Translations under genes and position numbers: made by a program | Assembly: GCA_964529165.1 (NCBI GenBank) | Contig: CAZGWG010000003.1 | Coordinates: 1 to 48,945 of the forward strand | Length of the DNA: 48,945 nucleotides | Direction of reading: 5' to 3' | DNA from: an uncultured Sphingobacterium sp. | GTDB lineage: Bacteria; Bacteroidota; Bacteroidia; Sphingobacteriales; Sphingobacteriaceae | Notes under the pieces: generated by a model | The model's input: only the letters and a program-made list of their open reading frames with translations | Database searches by the model: none | What the model was told of the DNA's origin: nothing | Shown: positions 47,507-48,945 of the stretch, in pieces | How the letters are laid out: the number at the start of each line of letters is the position of its first letter | Position numbering within the stretch: position 1 is the first letter of the stretch

Positions 47507-48703
47507 ATGACTGATAAGGGTGCCTTATTACATGCTATTATTGAAAACGCGATTGACGGAATCATTACAATTGGTGAGCGTGGACTAATTGAATCAATCA
47601 ATCCATCTGCCTGTGCTTTATTTGGTTATACAGTTGAAGAAGTTATAGGAAGGAATATTTCAATGCTTATGCCTCAGCCTGACAAAGGGCAGCATGATGA
47701 GTATATTGCCCGTTATCAGCGGACAGGTACTCCTCATATTATTGGCACGGGTCGCGATGTAAAGGGACTTAAAAAAGATGGCACTTTATTTCCTTTCCGT
47801 TTGGCAGTGAGTGAAGTTAAGTATTCGGGCAGGACAATTTATACCGGATTTATCCATGATCTGACCAGGGAAAAGGATGCTGAGGCTCAGATATTGCATT
47901 ATGCTTCACAACTTGAAAAGTTAGTTGAAGATCGTACCAATTCACTACAGAAGTCTGTAATAGAACTTCAGGTTGCAAAAGAAACAGTTAGTAAATCACT
48001 CGAAAAAGAAAAAGAGCTTAATCAATTGAAAAGCCGATTTGTATCAATGGCTTCTCATGAATTCAGGACTCCGCTCAGTTCAATTCAATTATCGGCATCA
48101 TTGATTGAAAAGTATAAACTTCAGGATGATGGTGCCAATATTTCAAAACATGTTAGTAAGATTAAAAATTCAGTAGGTAATTTAACGACCATCCTGGATG
48201 ATTTTCTATCTCTTGAGCGTTTGGAAGCAGGTAAAATTGAAACGACTTTTTCTGAATTTAATATTGTAAAACTTTCTGAGGAAATTACAGAGGAGATGCA
48301 GATGATGGCTAAAAGAGATCAGAATATAATTTATCAGCATACCGGATTGCATAGCACGGTGTTGCTGGATCAGAATCTGCTTCGTAACTGCATCATCAAC
48401 CTGATATCTAATGCCATCAAATATTCCGGCGAGAATACCTTCATTGAGTTTAATACTGAGCTTTCTGACAAAGAATGTATTGTTACGGTAAAGGATAATG
48501 GAATTGGAATACCTGAATCAGATCATAAACACTTATTTGAGCCATTTTTCAGGGCTAATAATACCGGAAATATTCCGGGTACAGGTCTTGGACTTAATAT
48601 TATTATGCGATATGTTAATTTGATGGGTGGAAAGGTTAGTTTTACAAGCCTACCTAAGCAAAAAACCATTTTTACCCTAAAATTCCCACTTAAATTTCTA
48701 TGA
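47507..48703 (+). CDS. Cytoplasmic PAS sensor histidine kinase, FixL-like heme-PAS
   Basis: PAS LMPQPDKGQHDEYIARYQRTGTPHIIGTGRDVKGLKKDGTLFP, H-box SHEFRTPL, NLISNAIKY, DNGIGIP, GTGLGL; no TM segments. Confidence 0.9.
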   Translation: MTDKGALLHAIIENAIDGIITIGERGLIESINPSACALFGYTVEEVIGRNISMLMPQPDKGQHDEYIARYQRTGTPHIIGTGRDVKGLKKDGTLFPFRLAVSEVKYSGRTIYTGFIHDLTREKDAEAQILHYASQLEKLVEDRTNSLQKSVIELQVAKETVSKSLEKEKELNQLKSRFVSMASHEFRTPLSSIQLSASLIEKYKLQDDGANISKHVSKIKNSVGNLTTILDDFLSLERLEAGKIETTFSEFNIVKLSEEITEEMQMMAKRDQNIIYQHTGLHSTVLLDQNLLRNCIINLISNAIKYSGENTFIEFNTELSDKECIVTVKDNGIGIPESDHKHLFEPFFRANNTGNIPGTGLGLNIIMRYVNLMGGKVSFTSLPKQKTIFTLKFPLKFL

Positions 48704-48945
48704 AGAAGAAGATTCTAATAATTGAAGACAATGAGGATATCAGGGATAGTTCTGTTGAGATCCTTCAGCTTGCCGGTTATGAAGTTTTGGAAGCAGAGAA
48801 TGGAAAGATTGGTGTAGAGCTTGCCCAACAGCATTTACCGGATATGATTCTTTGTGATATTATGATGCCTGAACTGGATGGTTATGGTGTTTTATATCTC
48901 TTGTCAAAGAACCGGGAAACTTCCAATATTCCTTTTATTTTTCTT
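48700..48945 (+). CDS. Response regulator (receiver domain, truncated by the window end)
   Basis: ATG overlaps the kinase stop (ATGA). Translates to MKKKILIIEDNEDIRD...AENGKIG...PDMILCDIMMPELDGYGVL...IPFIFL. Not in the supplied ORF track. Confidence 0.92.
   Translation, partial: MKKKILIIEDNEDIRDSSVEILQLAGYEVLEAENGKIGVELAQQHLPDMILCDIMMPELDGYGVLYLLSKNRETSNIPFIFL

Overview
A gene-dense, low-GC bacterial window. The gene content points to Bacteroidota, probably Sphingobacteriaceae-like (inference from a T9SS type-B C-terminal domain, HmuY, TAnnTTTG-type promoters and a Sec/lipoprotein-type clade II nosZ). Left part (1-22.8 kb): exported carbohydrate-processing and redox enzymes, namely a DUF4838 protein, penicillin-acylase-family Ntn hydrolase, BNR/sialidase, an FGE-like + Gfo/Idh/MocA + TIM-barrel operon, PQQ sugar dehydrogenase, Zn-ADH, amidohydrolase, SGNH hydrolase and lactonase. 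It also holds a T9SS-secreted PKD adhesin, a Crp/DinB pair and several REP-like repeats. Right part (22.8-48.9 kb): a clade II nitrous-oxide reduction cluster (cytochrome c, nosZ, fused nosB-nosL, nosD, nosF, nosY) extended by hemerythrin and group III truncated hemoglobin genes. Around it lie a divergent Cys-rich Crp/Fnr regulator, a His-motif membrane protein, an AraC-linked heme uptake locus (TonB receptor, HmuY, ABC transporter, HemS), a fasciclin lipoprotein, a 595-aa Cys-rich unknown, a fungal-type prephenate dehydrogenase, glpK-glpF, and a FixL-like heme-PAS kinase with a truncated response regulator. The most notable unannotated signal is a palindromic TATGA(C/T)-N4-(A/G)TCATA box. It lies exactly 21 nt from a -7 promoter-like octamer in front of four transcription units (nos operon, membrane protein, fasciclin, 595-aa unknown), suggesting a shared low-oxygen/N2O regulon that includes uncharacterised proteins. 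No rRNA, tRNA, CRISPR array or transposase was seen. All family calls come from motif recognition by eye, not database searches.
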